Shown here: one piece after another, positions 37,271 to 46,700 of the stretch
Position numbering within the stretch: position 1 is the first letter of the stretch
Layout: every line of letters starts with the position of its first letter
The notes under the pieces: model-generated
The model's input: the letters and a program-made list of their open reading frames with translations, nothing else
Databases searched by the model: none
Told to the model about the DNA's origin: nothing
Made by a program: the position numbers and the translations under genes
Assembly (NCBI GenBank): GCA_002427425.1
Contig: DIRA01000014.1
Span: 57,115-121,114 of the forward strand
DNA: 64,000 bases
Direction of reading: 5' to 3'
Origin: Clostridiales bacterium UBA5448
GTDB lineage: Bacteria; Bacillota; Clostridia; Oscillospirales; SIG627

Positions 37271-38731
37271 ATGAAAAAAGCAGGCACGTTGTGTTGTATA
37301 AAAAGCCATGGCATCAAGATGCGATTGGCGGCGTTTTTTTGTGCGATTGTCTTTGTTATGCCGGTTTTTTCTTTTTCTTCCCAAGCGAAGGAAGGCGAAT
37401 TCGACCTGCCCGTTGCCATATCCGCCCCCGCAGCGGTGGTGATGGACGTGACCACGGGAGATGTGCTTTATATAAAAGATGGCGATACGCCCTATCAACC
37501 TGCGGGTTTGGTGAAAGTGCTTGCCGTGTTGGTGACGTTGGAACATTGTCCCGACTTACAGGCAACGATTACCTTTTCCAGCCATGCGGTCTGGGGATTT
37601 GACCGCACCAAATCCATTCATTTGTATTTTGACGTAGGTGAGCAGATCACCTTGCAAGACGTGGTACATGCCGTGATGCTCAAATCGGCAAACGAAGCTG
37701 CTATGGCGATGGCGGAGTTTACGGTGGATACGGCAGAGCCGGGCAATTCGTATCAAAACGAAGAGAAGACAGAGCGATTCGTGGCAATGATGAATGCAAA
37801 AGCCCAATCCATCGGGGCGAACCATTCCAAGTTCACCAATCCCCACGGACTGCAGGATGATGCCCAGTATACCACGGCGCATGACATGGCACTGATCATG
37901 GCGTATGCCCTGAAAAACCAGACCTTTGCCGCCATCACCAAAACCCGTTCTTATTCCATTCCCCCCACCAACAAACGGGGACAAACCTGCCATTTTAACA
38001 ACGGGCATAACTGGATCCAGAAAGGCACAGGTACCAAGGAGTATAAGGCGATAGGAGGACATCAGGGCAGGGAAACCGCGCAATCGGGATTCAACCTGAT
38101 CACCTATGCCCAAAACAGTGACGGTGCCAATGTGGTTTCGGTGGTGATGAAAGCCTCTTCTGAACCCAAGGTGTATGAAGATACCAAAGCGCTGATGGCG
38201 TATTATTTGACCGTGTGTACCCGGTTGTATATGGATGTGTCCGTCCTCTTTGCCGGAAAACACCAGATCACCGTATTCGACGGCAAAGAATCGGTGGTAC
38301 GGACGGCTTCAGTGGAGTATGAACCCATTGCTCACATCATGCCAAAAGAAGCGACCTTAAAAAAACTGACCTACACCGTCACACAGGAAGACAATTTGGT
38401 GTTACCTTTGGAGGAAGGGACAAAAATCGGCATCATCACCTGGTATTATAAAGGGAAGCGGGTTGCCGACACCCACCTGTATACGGCGGCTCACATGACG
38501 GTGGCGGAAGCAGAAAACACCGCGCCCCCGCTGGACGAGACGGCGAAGAAAGTGGAACAGAGAAACGTATTCTCGGTGCTCTGGGGCATTTTGAAATGGG
38601 TCCTATTGATTGTTTTCATTCTTGCCGCCCTTGCCGCGGTGAGTGTTTTAATATATATCATAGCCATGCGGCGTAAAGCCCGCAAAAAGCGGGATGCCGC
38701 ATTTTGGGAAAGGAGAAACGTGAACAAATGA
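37271..38731 (+). CDS. D-alanyl-D-alanine carboxypeptidase (peptidase S11/PBP5) homologue with substituted catalytic motifs and a C-terminal TM anchor
   Basis: 486 aa. Colinear with DacA/DacF-type PBPs, but SxxK reads PAGLVK (Gly codon at 37505-37507), SxN is kept (KSANEAA) and KTG reads HQG (38060-38068). It has a signal peptide and the C-terminal TM VLWGILKWVLLIVFILAALAAVSVLIYII. Confidence 0.7.
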   Translation: MKKAGTLCCIKSHGIKMRLAAFFCAIVFVMPVFSFSSQAKEGEFDLPVAISAPAAVVMDVTTGDVLYIKDGDTPYQPAGLVKVLAVLVTLEHCPDLQATITFSSHAVWGFDRTKSIHLYFDVGEQITLQDVVHAVMLKSANEAAMAMAEFTVDTAEPGNSYQNEEKTERFVAMMNAKAQSIGANHSKFTNPHGLQDDAQYTTAHDMALIMAYALKNQTFAAITKTRSYSIPPTNKRGQTCHFNNGHNWIQKGTGTKEYKAIGGHQGRETAQSGFNLITYAQNSDGANVVSVVMKASSEPKVYEDTKALMAYYLTVCTRLYMDVSVLFAGKHQITVFDGKESVVRTASVEYEPIAHIMPKEATLKKLTYTVTQEDNLVLPLEEGTKIGIITWYYKGKRVADTHLYTAAHMTVAEAENTAPPLDETAKKVEQRNVFSVLWGILKWVLLIVFILAALAAVSVLIYIIAMRRKARKKRDAAFWERRNVNK

Positions 38732-39315
38732 AACGAAAGAAAATCAATCGCGGCGTTATGTTACTTCTTGTTTTGCTGGTGGGCATCGTAGGCTATTTGG
38801 TTGTGCGGGGCGTTGTGAAAGCGAGTGTCAAGAATGAACTGGAGGAGCTATATGTATCCTATTTGACAGCAGAGCAGCCTTTTCATCTGCATGCCGCAGA
38901 CAAAGAAGAAGAAGCGTGGACCAAAGAATGCGAGCAAACCCTCACACCCTATTTTTCGAAAGAATCCACCGAAACCAAGGCGTTTTTGAAGACTTTGAAA
39001 GGAAACCGCGCAATACAAAGAGAGATGGGCGAAAGCTTACAACTGAAAGCCTATTCCAAAAAATTTCTTTCATGCGAGAGCATGGAACTGGAGGAGGACT
39101 ACGCACGATTATCCTTTTGGATGGAAGTTTCCTGGACAGAAGGGGAAGCCCGGTATACCAGCCAACGTTATGTGAGTGCGCTGTTCTGTAAAGAGGATGG
39201 CAAGTGGAAAATATCCCGTCCCGACGGGTACACCTGGAATACCAATGGATACGAAGACGGGAATGACTATAGGTATATGCAAAACAATCCGGCAAAAGGA
39301 GGGTATGACGTATGA
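38728..39315 (+). CDS. hypothetical single-pass membrane protein with small extracytoplasmic domain (possibly NTF2-like)
   Basis: Start MKRKKINRGVMLLLVLLVGIVGYLVV overlaps the upstream stop as ATGA. The C-terminal ..ARYTSQRYVSALFCKEDGKWKI pattern hints at an NTF2-like fold. Confidence 0.5.
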   Translation: MKRKKINRGVMLLLVLLVGIVGYLVVRGVVKASVKNELEELYVSYLTAEQPFHLHAADKEEEAWTKECEQTLTPYFSKESTETKAFLKTLKGNRAIQREMGESLQLKAYSKKFLSCESMELEEDYARLSFWMEVSWTEGEARYTSQRYVSALFCKEDGKWKISRPDGYTWNTNGYEDGNDYRYMQNNPAKGGYDV

Positions 39316-40238
39316 GAGAATCGATGCTGGTCATTTCCCATCTGAACAAACATTTCGGAAAACGCCATGTCATCAAGGATTTGTCTTTGGAAGCCAAAGG
39401 CGGGGAAATTTTTGGATTCCTGGGGCCCAACGGCGCTGGGAAAACCACCACAATCAAAATGGTCATGGGCTTTTTGTTTCCCGACAGCGGCGATATCTAT
39501 ATCAACGGGATCAACACCAAAAACGACTATGAAGGGGCCATGGCATCCATCGGCGGGATTGTGGAAAATCCTGAAATGTATAAAAATTTAAGCGGAAGAA
39601 CCAATTTGGAAATGTATGCCCGCCTTCACGGGACATTGGATGATAAACACATCGATGAATTGGTGGAAATGGTGGGGATGAAAGCCCGGATCCAGGACAA
39701 AGTCCGCACCTATTCGTTGGGTATGAAGCAGCGAGTTGGGGTGGCGCAGGCATTGGTACATAATCCGAGGGTGCTGATTTTGGATGAACCCACCAACGGG
39801 CTGGATCCTTCCGGCATCAAAGAGTTGCGGGACATCCTGTCCTATCTTGCCCATGAAAAAGGGGTTTCCGTCATGGTTTCATCCCATCAGTTGGCGGAAA
39901 TGGCGCTGATGTGTGACCGGGTAGGAATCATATCAAACGGCGTGCTTTTGAGCGTGGAACCCATTCAGGAATTGCTGGAGAGAACCCAAAGTGAAAACAT
40001 CGTGGATATTAAAACCGATGGAAATAAAGCCAAAGAAATTTTGGGGGAAACCTGGGCGGAAAAAGTGCGTTCTGCCAACGAAAAAGAAATTCGCATCGCA
40101 GCGGGAAAAGGGGATATTCCCGTTTTAATTCAGGCGTTGGGTGCGGGCGGCGCCGAGATTTACGGCATCAGCGAAGAGAAGTTGACCCTGGAAGAGGCGT
40201 ATCTCCGTCTGACCGAAGGAGGTGGAGGCATTGCGTAG
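39312..40238 (+). CDS. ABC transporter ATP-binding protein (ABC-2 / DrrA-like)
   Basis: 308 aa. Contains GPNGAGKTT, YSLGMKQRVGVAQAL and LILDEPTNGLDP. ATGA overlap with the upstream gene. Confidence 0.88.
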   Translation: MRESMLVISHLNKHFGKRHVIKDLSLEAKGGEIFGFLGPNGAGKTTTIKMVMGFLFPDSGDIYINGINTKNDYEGAMASIGGIVENPEMYKNLSGRTNLEMYARLHGTLDDKHIDELVEMVGMKARIQDKVRTYSLGMKQRVGVAQALVHNPRVLILDEPTNGLDPSGIKELRDILSYLAHEKGVSVMVSSHQLAEMALMCDRVGIISNGVLLSVEPIQELLERTQSENIVDIKTDGNKAKEILGETWAEKVRSANEKEIRIAAGKGDIPVLIQALGAGGAEIYGISEEKLTLEEAYLRLTEGGGGIA

Positions 40239-41892
40239 ATTTCTTGCTTTGCTGCAAAACGAACTGATCAAAACATCCAAGCGTAAAATCATTATCATCA
40301 TGTCCATTTTACTGGCTGTGACGATTTTGCTCACGGGTTGGTTGGCAAAACTGGCACAAAGTGATTCGGGTTATTATTGGTACCTGACTGAAGAAGATAT
40401 AGAGCAAAGAATTAACAATGCAAAAAGCAACTGCGAGCATATGGAAAAACAACTCAAGGAAGAAGCCAAACAAAAACAAGATTCCATCGAGCCATCGGAA
40501 AAACACAAGGGGGATGACACACAAAAAGAGGTGTTGAAAACCATAGCGGCGCCCGTTTCCAAAATGCCGGCAGAGGATTCGGCTGACAAAGTAATGCCGG
40601 ATATGGAAAAAAGCACTTTTAATGTATTGATGGAGTGGCAGTATAACCTGAATGAACTGTATATGTACCAAACCATGAAAGAAAAAGGATTGCTTTCCAT
40701 GGAGGGTTATCTGTATGAGGCCATCAATCAACAAGCTTACCTGCAATCCATAAAAACGGTTGCCAAAAGCGAGTATGTATTAGAGGAGTATACCCAATAT
40801 TGCGAATATGAACTGAAAAATGCAGAGCAAGAACTGACGCTGTTGGATACAGCCGTCCAATCCGAAAAGTATGCCGATTACGTTGCCTGGAAAATTTTTG
40901 ATGTCAAAACCATGGCAGGTATATCGGAAGAAGACATCAAAAGAGGGGTGGAAGAGCTTGAATTGCGGTTGAAAATTGACCCGGAAGGAAACTATTACCG
41001 CGATTATTCCCTGACGGAGATGTTGAATACCATTACAACCAAAAAAAATGCCCTGGAGGAAGGGGTGGTCAAAGATTCCGCATCCATTCGCTATGGGCAG
41101 AAGTTGACAAAAGGCGAGCGAGAGAAACTGTCCAATGAAATAGCCGTTTTAAATCATGCCATTGAAAACGGAACATTTGACCCCACCATCGGAGAAATTG
41201 CATCCGATTTCATGATGAGTTTGGGATGCATGCTCATTGCCCTGACGGTCATCATTCTTGCCAGCAGCAGCGTGTCCCAGGAAATGGCAACCGGATCCAT
41301 CAAATCTCTCATCATCGCACCCTGCAAGCGGTGGAAAATCTTTATAGCCAAGTTGTCCTCCCTGGTAATGCTGGGACTGGGCGGCATTGTTATTGTATGG
41401 TTGTCCGCATTGTTGGGGCGGCTGATATTCTTCGGGTTGTCCGATGCGGTTCCCTATGTGTATGCCGTCAGCGGGAAAGCGCACACCATTCCCTATGTAT
41501 TATATACGCTGTTTTACTTGCTTGTGGAGTATGTCACGATCATGGGGTATGTGGTATTTGCATTCATGCTGTCTACCGTTACCCGCAGCACGGCGGTATC
41601 CACCGGTATTTCTATCGGTGTATATGGAGGCGGACGTCTTGTAACGGCGATCATGAATAACATGGTCAAATGGGAAATGCTGAAATTCATTCCTTTCAAC
41701 CATTTAAATTTGTCCGACAAACTCTTTTCCTATCGCAACTTGATACTGACAAACAATGACATGAACATATTAAACATGGTTTTCAACAACGGACCTGTCA
41801 CCGGCACACTGTTTTCCGTTCTTTATTTGGCAACGTTGTTGTTCACGATGGGATGGATCGCCTTCGATTCCTTTACCCGCAGAGACATCTGA
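40231..41892 (+). CDS. ABC-2 family permease with ~290-aa Glu/Lys-rich extracytoplasmic insert after TM1
   Basis: I favour the TTG start at 40231, with AAGGAGG 8 nt upstream. A GTG at 40222 is the alternative. TM1 is followed by a long insert predicted helical, then SQEMATGSIKSLIIAPCKRWKI and five further TM helices. Confidence 0.7.
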   Translation: MRRFLALLQNELIKTSKRKIIIIMSILLAVTILLTGWLAKLAQSDSGYYWYLTEEDIEQRINNAKSNCEHMEKQLKEEAKQKQDSIEPSEKHKGDDTQKEVLKTIAAPVSKMPAEDSADKVMPDMEKSTFNVLMEWQYNLNELYMYQTMKEKGLLSMEGYLYEAINQQAYLQSIKTVAKSEYVLEEYTQYCEYELKNAEQELTLLDTAVQSEKYADYVAWKIFDVKTMAGISEEDIKRGVEELELRLKIDPEGNYYRDYSLTEMLNTITTKKNALEEGVVKDSASIRYGQKLTKGEREKLSNEIAVLNHAIENGTFDPTIGEIASDFMMSLGCMLIALTVIILASSSVSQEMATGSIKSLIIAPCKRWKIFIAKLSSLVMLGLGGIVIVWLSALLGRLIFFGLSDAVPYVYAVSGKAHTIPYVLYTLFYLLVEYVTIMGYVVFAFMLSTVTRSTAVSTGISIGVYGGGRLVTAIMNNMVKWEMLKFIPFNHLNLSDKLFSYRNLILTNNDMNILNMVFNNGPVTGTLFSVLYLATLLFTMGWIAFDSFTRRDI

Positions 41893-41907
41893 TTTTCAAT
41901 GAAAAAC

Positions 41908-41938
41908 GCCGGCTCACACGAGCCGGCATTTGTTTTTT
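41908..41938. terminator. terminator between convergent operons
   Basis: GCCGGCTC-ACAC-GAGCCGGC followed by ATTTGTTTTTT. Confidence 0.75.
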
Positions 41939-42848
41939 ACGGGGATGATATCAACTTTTGTGCTTTTTCATAGCACTCTTTGCAGTAAGCAATGATGTAT
42001 TCAAATTGAGCTTTGGGATATTTTCCCCAACAGGGAACTTCCAGATGGAAGCAGCCGTCATACCCATTTTCCAAGAGGAGCGTAAAGAGGGAAACAAAAT
42101 TGTTGACCCCTTCCCCGGGCAGAGCATCGGCGAGATAGGTTTTGTTGGGGGTGGGATAACAGCACTTGGTATAGAACGTGGCGGCTCTTTCGGGGGTGCG
42201 GCCGAAAATGTAGGGCAGGGGTGCTTCGCTTAGGTTTTCTATGACCCGATAGTCTTTGACATGGACATGAACAACATCTTTGCCAAAGGCGCGGATGACC
42301 CGGTCGGGGGATTCGTTGACAAAATAGGTATTACCCAGATCCGCTACAAATTTAGGGGCCCTGTCCAGAGCCTGTACAAATTTTTTAAGATTTTGCACAC
42401 CGTTGAAACCGGCACCTTGGGGTTCATACACGACTTGAACACCTTTTGTGACAGCGTAATCATACACTTCCCGGCAGGCAGGAATGATTTGGGGCAGCTT
42501 TTCCTCAAAATTCACAGAACCCGGCGCAAAGGAACATACAAGGGTATGGTGGAGATATTTGCAGTCGGTTACCTGGCATACATCGGCATATTTTTTCAGG
42601 ATTGCAACAGAAGCTTCGGTGTTTTGGCTTATATCCACACACCAGGAAAAACAACGTAACGCCACTCCTTTCTCATCGGCATAGGCCTTGATGCGGCGAG
42701 CACTGTCCAGCATGGCTTCCCGTGGCATGGAATCGGGAAAATAAGAAGCGGTCAACTCCACCGAATAAAACCCCAACGCGGCGGCAGAATCAATGGCACC
42801 TTCCACGCCTTTTACAAACGGGGGCAAAGCAAAATGGCCAAGTTTCAT
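41937..42848 (-). CDS. sugar phosphate isomerase/epimerase (xylose isomerase-like TIM barrel)
   Basis: 303 aa. Contains YSVELTASYF and VVHVHVKDY. Confidence 0.65.
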   Translation of the reverse strand: MKLGHFALPPFVKGVEGAIDSAAALGFYSVELTASYFPDSMPREAMLDSARRIKAYADEKGVALRCFSWCVDISQNTEASVAILKKYADVCQVTDCKYLHHTLVCSFAPGSVNFEEKLPQIIPACREVYDYAVTKGVQVVYEPQGAGFNGVQNLKKFVQALDRAPKFVADLGNTYFVNESPDRVIRAFGKDVVHVHVKDYRVIENLSEAPLPYIFGRTPERAATFYTKCCYPTPNKTYLADALPGEGVNNFVSLFTLLLENGYDGCFHLEVPCWGKYPKAQFEYIIAYCKECYEKAQKLISSP

Positions 42849-42863
42849 AGTAAGTTACCTCGT

Positions 42864-43745
42864 TTATGTATATTTTCTTGTATCCAGTATGGTTTGTATC
42901 GCCGGGGATGTTCCGCAGCATTCTATCACAGCGGACAGCAAGGCATCTTGCAATTCCCGCAGAATCCGCGGGTTTTTCCCGCCCACGGGTTTTCCGTCCA
43001 GGGTTTGGACGGGGACGCAAAGGGAGCCTGCGGAGGAATACATCAACTCGTCTGCCTCAAAGGCTTCCTGCAGGGTAAAAGGACGTTCCTCGTAGGGAAT
43101 GCCCTGTTTTCGGCAGGTAAGCAGTATATTTTGTCTGGAAATGCCGTTGAGGATGAAATGGTTGGCAGGATGGGTAATCAGCGTGCCGTTTATTAGAATG
43201 TAGGCATTGGAATGAGCGCATTCCGTCACCACGTTGCCCCGATGGAACAGGCATTCCTCACAGCCGGCTTCCGCTGCCGCTTGGGCACCCATCACCGCAG
43301 GAAGGAGATTGATGGTCTTGATATTGCAATGGAGATAACGGGTATCTTCCATCGTGATCATACGGGCGGGTTGATAGAGATTGACCAAGGATTTGGGCGT
43401 CAGCATGACCCACAGATTGGCACAGCCCCCGGGGAAAAGATGATTGCGCAGACCACTGCCCCGCGTCCATTGAAAATAGACAAATTGTTCGCCGTCATCC
43501 ACCATGCAAACCAATGCTCGCAACAAGGATTTTAGCTCTTCGGGGGTATGGGTGGGCTTGATTTTCAACAAAGATGCGCTGTGAAAGAAACGATCCACAT
43601 GGGCATCCAGATCCCAAATGATGTGATGAATGCTATAGGTGGCATCGTATACGCCGTCCCCGAAATAACACCCGCGATCGGTCATGGGGACAGACATTTC
43701 TTCGATTAAACCGATTTTCCCGTTGTAATACCCCAGATTTTTCAT
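42864..43745 (-). CDS. dat: class IV aminotransferase, D-amino-acid aminotransferase-like
   Basis: I place the start at MKNLGYYNGKIGLIEEMSVPMTDRGCYFGDGVYD (ATG at 43745), with GGGAGG upstream. The fold-type IV pattern runs throughout. Confidence 0.7.
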   Translation of the reverse strand: MKNLGYYNGKIGLIEEMSVPMTDRGCYFGDGVYDATYSIHHIIWDLDAHVDRFFHSASLLKIKPTHTPEELKSLLRALVCMVDDGEQFVYFQWTRGSGLRNHLFPGGCANLWVMLTPKSLVNLYQPARMITMEDTRYLHCNIKTINLLPAVMGAQAAAEAGCEECLFHRGNVVTECAHSNAYILINGTLITHPANHFILNGISRQNILLTCRKQGIPYEERPFTLQEAFEADELMYSSAGSLCVPVQTLDGKPVGGKNPRILRELQDALLSAVIECCGTSPAIQTILDTRKYT

Positions 43746-43804
43746 TCCGTACCTCCCTGAAAAATCCATGAATAACGTGATGACATGGCAGTGAAGGTAT
43801 CGTT

Positions 43805-44515
43805 TCAGATGAATATTTTTTTAGTAATTTCTTCCTGCCATTTGCGGCTGCGGTTGAGGAAGAGAAAAAACAAAGCGGTCATAACACAGGCAGCAAAGGG
43901 AATCCAACTCCAAAACGGCGCCCAGGGTGTACCGATATAGGCATGGAGCAGCATTTCCAAGCCCAGCAGATAGATACCGATCAACATCAGAGAATAGGCA
44001 ACCAGTCTCAATATTGGACGAAAATAGGAAAAACGAGATAAAAAAACCATGAGAGAAGCAAACCCGCCGGCGGCGATGGTGATAGGAAGAGCCAGGATGA
44101 GATACCACCGCCAATTTCCCGGTGTGATGAACACGACAATCATCAACAAAAAGAGGCTGATCGCTGCCGTGTCAAGGGTAAGGCAAAAGAGGGGATGGGG
44201 TTTATGCATCAAAATGGGCAGCAAAGCCGCAACAAAAAATAAAGCCAGGCTTCCGATGACAAAAACACTCCAGGGTGAATCCTTCACAAGAAGCAAATTC
44301 AAAAGCAGACAGATCCCCGTGGGGACAATCAACAACAAGGAGATGATGGAAGCCACAAAACGGCGATTGACAACGCTGGTTCGTTCCATTTGTTCGGGAT
44401 AGCGGGATTTGGCATCCGAGAGCGGTTCCCGGGGGTTATAGGCTTCCAGACCGCAGAGAGGGCAAACCTTTTCGGGCGGCGTCATCTTGACACCACAATT
44501 GACGCAATAGGCCAT
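43805..44515 (-). CDS. zinc-ribbon polytopic membrane protein (DUF6320-like by recollection)
   Basis: 236 aa. N-terminal CVNCG-x11-CPLCG followed by about 6 TM helices. The start lies 4 nt after the upstream stop. Confidence 0.6.
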   Translation of the reverse strand: MAYCVNCGVKMTPPEKVCPLCGLEAYNPREPLSDAKSRYPEQMERTSVVNRRFVASIISLLLIVPTGICLLLNLLLVKDSPWSVFVIGSLALFFVAALLPILMHKPHPLFCLTLDTAAISLFLLMIVVFITPGNWRWYLILALPITIAAGGFASLMVFLSRFSYFRPILRLVAYSLMLIGIYLLGLEMLLHAYIGTPWAPFWSWIPFAACVMTALFFLFLNRSRKWQEEITKKIFI

Positions 44516-44519
44516 AGAA

Positions 44520-45809
44520 TCAACCTTTCTTTCTTAACTGATTGCTTTCCAGGGTGACAGGAAGACCCATTTCCACCAGAGAACAAAAGAAGTTTCTTTC
44601 GATTTCACTTTCTTTTAGGGTGCGGGTAAAATGAATGCGCAGTTCATTTTGATGGGTCAAACAGGAAGCAACCAAGCGATTTAACTGCAAAGGGCCCAAA
44701 ATAAAATCGATATGCTTCACCGCTTCCGCCATGGGGGAAGGCAGATTGGCAAGGCCCAGATTGGAAAAACAGGAACTGGTTTGCTTATCCCCCAAAACAC
44801 GGAATGATAGCTTCATGATAGGGATTTTCAGTATCAAAGGACAAAGGCGAAGCAAGATGTTTTTTTCGACTTTCACATTGGATGAAAATTTAGCTCTGAG
44901 TTTTTTGTCGTCCACCTCCAGCATCATGAATCCCTTCACGGCTTTACAGATTTCCCGCAAGGAATACTCACCGTATTTGGGATTGATACCAGGATTTACA
45001 TAGGTGGCAAAATTACGCTTGGTTTTGGTGGGAAACAATTTCCGCAAGTTGACCGGAACACAGATTTTCACCGGTTTGAACTGTTTTCTTTTTTTCAGCC
45101 GCGCCTGCTGTTTGTGTATAGAGTGAATGAGCAGAGCGGTAATAAACTCCGTAACGGAAACCCCATAGCTTTTGGCGATGAGAGACACTTTGTCTGCCGG
45201 CAGGGTACCGGTGGTAATGTGGACAAAATCATTTTCTTCCTCCGTAGCTTGAACGCGATAAGCATAGCCTTCCATGGAAGAGCGGGTGGCATCGGTGTTC
45301 AGACGAAGAAAGCTGTCTTCATATTCGTCGGGATGGGGTTCGTCATCACAATCTAAAACGTCATCATCCCGGGGGATCACAAGGCCTTCCCGCAGAGTCA
45401 GATATTCGGCGACCAGGGTTTTGAAAAAGCTCAATCCCCCGCCGCCGTCGGTAAGAGAATGAAAAATTTCCACCGCAATGTGCATATCATAATAGCGCAC
45501 ACGAAAGAGGAAATGATTGTTTTCGGAAAATTTCATGCGAACACAAGGATTGGCAACATCCGACTGCATGTCGGGTGCACCGTCCATATGCTCAAAATAA
45601 TGCCAGAAAACACCCTTGCGAATACGAAGGGCGAGCCAGGGGAATCGTTTGATGGTGCGGTCAAGGGCGATTTTAAGGCAATCGGGATCCACTTCCCGGT
45701 AAAAATCAGCCGTAAAGCGAAACAAAGCCGTCCATCCGCGGTTTTTTGCCGCGGGATAAATTTTGGCTGCATTGTCCAGTTTTAACCAGGAAAACTTTTT
45801 ATCATCCAT
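44520..45809 (-). CDS. condensation/CAT-superfamily acyltransferase (alcohol acetyltransferase / WS-DGAT-like)
   Basis: I place the start at MDDKKFSWLKLDNAAKIYPAA (ATG at 45809), with GGAGGG 6 nt upstream. The active-site-type motif is EIFHSLTDGGGG (HxxxDG, about 45444-45464). The ORF-track version (723 aa) is an artefactual extension. Confidence 0.65.
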   Translation of the reverse strand: MDDKKFSWLKLDNAAKIYPAAKNRGWTALFRFTADFYREVDPDCLKIALDRTIKRFPWLALRIRKGVFWHYFEHMDGAPDMQSDVANPCVRMKFSENNHFLFRVRYYDMHIAVEIFHSLTDGGGGLSFFKTLVAEYLTLREGLVIPRDDDVLDCDDEPHPDEYEDSFLRLNTDATRSSMEGYAYRVQATEEENDFVHITTGTLPADKVSLIAKSYGVSVTEFITALLIHSIHKQQARLKKRKQFKPVKICVPVNLRKLFPTKTKRNFATYVNPGINPKYGEYSLREICKAVKGFMMLEVDDKKLRAKFSSNVKVEKNILLRLCPLILKIPIMKLSFRVLGDKQTSSCFSNLGLANLPSPMAEAVKHIDFILGPLQLNRLVASCLTHQNELRIHFTRTLKESEIERNFFCSLVEMGLPVTLESNQLRKKG

Positions 45810-45935
45810 GAGCGTCCCTCCTGCCGGACAGTATATCATGCGCGGTATATTATTGCAAGCACAATCGCAGTTATTCCTTGACAAGGTATAACAACGGGGT
45901 ATAATAAGCACAGAATACAGGAAGGAGAGAACACT

Positions 45936-46649
45936 ATGCGAACAGACAACAGAGCCCGCGATCAATTGCGGGATGTGCAGATACAATGTCATTTTACCAA
46001 AACAAACGGCGGATCCGTTCTGATCAACTGGGGAAGCACCCGGGTGTTGTGTACGGCGCTTTTGGAGCAAGCCACCATGCCGTTTTTGACGGGCACGGGA
46101 AAAGGATGGCTGACGGCGGAATACGCCATGCTGCCTTCTTCCACGGGTAGCCGTAAGAAAAGAGAAACCATCCATCCCGACGGACGTTCTACTGAAATCA
46201 AACGTCTGATCGGCAGAAGTCTGCGGCATGCGGTGGACGATGAAAAGCTGGGGGAACGGACCATTTGGATTGACTGCGACGTGCTCCAGGCAGACGGGGG
46301 AACCCGCACCGCCTCCATCACCGGCGCATATGTGGCGTTGGCGCTGGGTGTAAAAAAATGGCTGGCGGAAGGCTTGCTTGCACAAAATCCTCTGGTGCAT
46401 CAGGTGGCGGCGGTTTCGGTGGGCATTGTGGATGACGAACCGATGCTGGATTTGTGTTACAGGGAAGACTCTGCCGCGCAGGTGGATATGAATGTGGTTA
46501 TGGATGAAAACGGCTCTTTCATCGAATTGCAGGGAACGGGAGAAGGCAGAGCCTTTACCCCGGAAGAATTGGCGCACATGATGGCGCTGGGCAAAAAAGG
46601 GCTTGCCGAACTGATGAAACTTCAAAAAACCGCCATTGAACATGCATAA
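45936..46649 (+). CDS. rph: ribonuclease PH
   Basis: 237 aa. Contains MRTDNRARDQLRDV..GGSVLINWGSTRVLCTA and WLTAEYAMLPSST. Confidence 0.93.
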   Translation: MRTDNRARDQLRDVQIQCHFTKTNGGSVLINWGSTRVLCTALLEQATMPFLTGTGKGWLTAEYAMLPSSTGSRKKRETIHPDGRSTEIKRLIGRSLRHAVDDEKLGERTIWIDCDVLQADGGTRTASITGAYVALALGVKKWLAEGLLAQNPLVHQVAAVSVGIVDDEPMLDLCYREDSAAQVDMNVVMDENGSFIELQGTGEGRAFTPEELAHMMALGKKGLAELMKLQKTAIEHA

Positions 46650-46650
46650 A

Positions 46651-46682
46651 AAACAGCCTTGCGGATGCCCGCAAGGCTGTTT
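46651..46682. terminator. bidirectional terminator between rph and the oxidoreductase gene
   Basis: 14-bp stem AAACAGCCTTGCGG / CCGCAAGGCTGTTT with the 4-nt loop ATGC. Confidence 0.75.
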
Positions 46683-46700
46683 GCTTGTCAATTCCAGTGC

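Noticed and set aside
45810-46691. The ORF track lists a 723-aa minus-strand ORF (44520-46691), which would be the largest hypothetical protein in this region.
   Set aside because: Its first 294 codons run antisense to a textbook RNase PH gene (45936-46649) and across that gene's promoter region. They are Arg/His/Gly/Gln-rich low-complexity translation. A strong RBS (GGAGGG) precedes the internal ATG at 45809, where recognisable acyltransferase sequence begins. I treat the N-terminal extension as an artefact.
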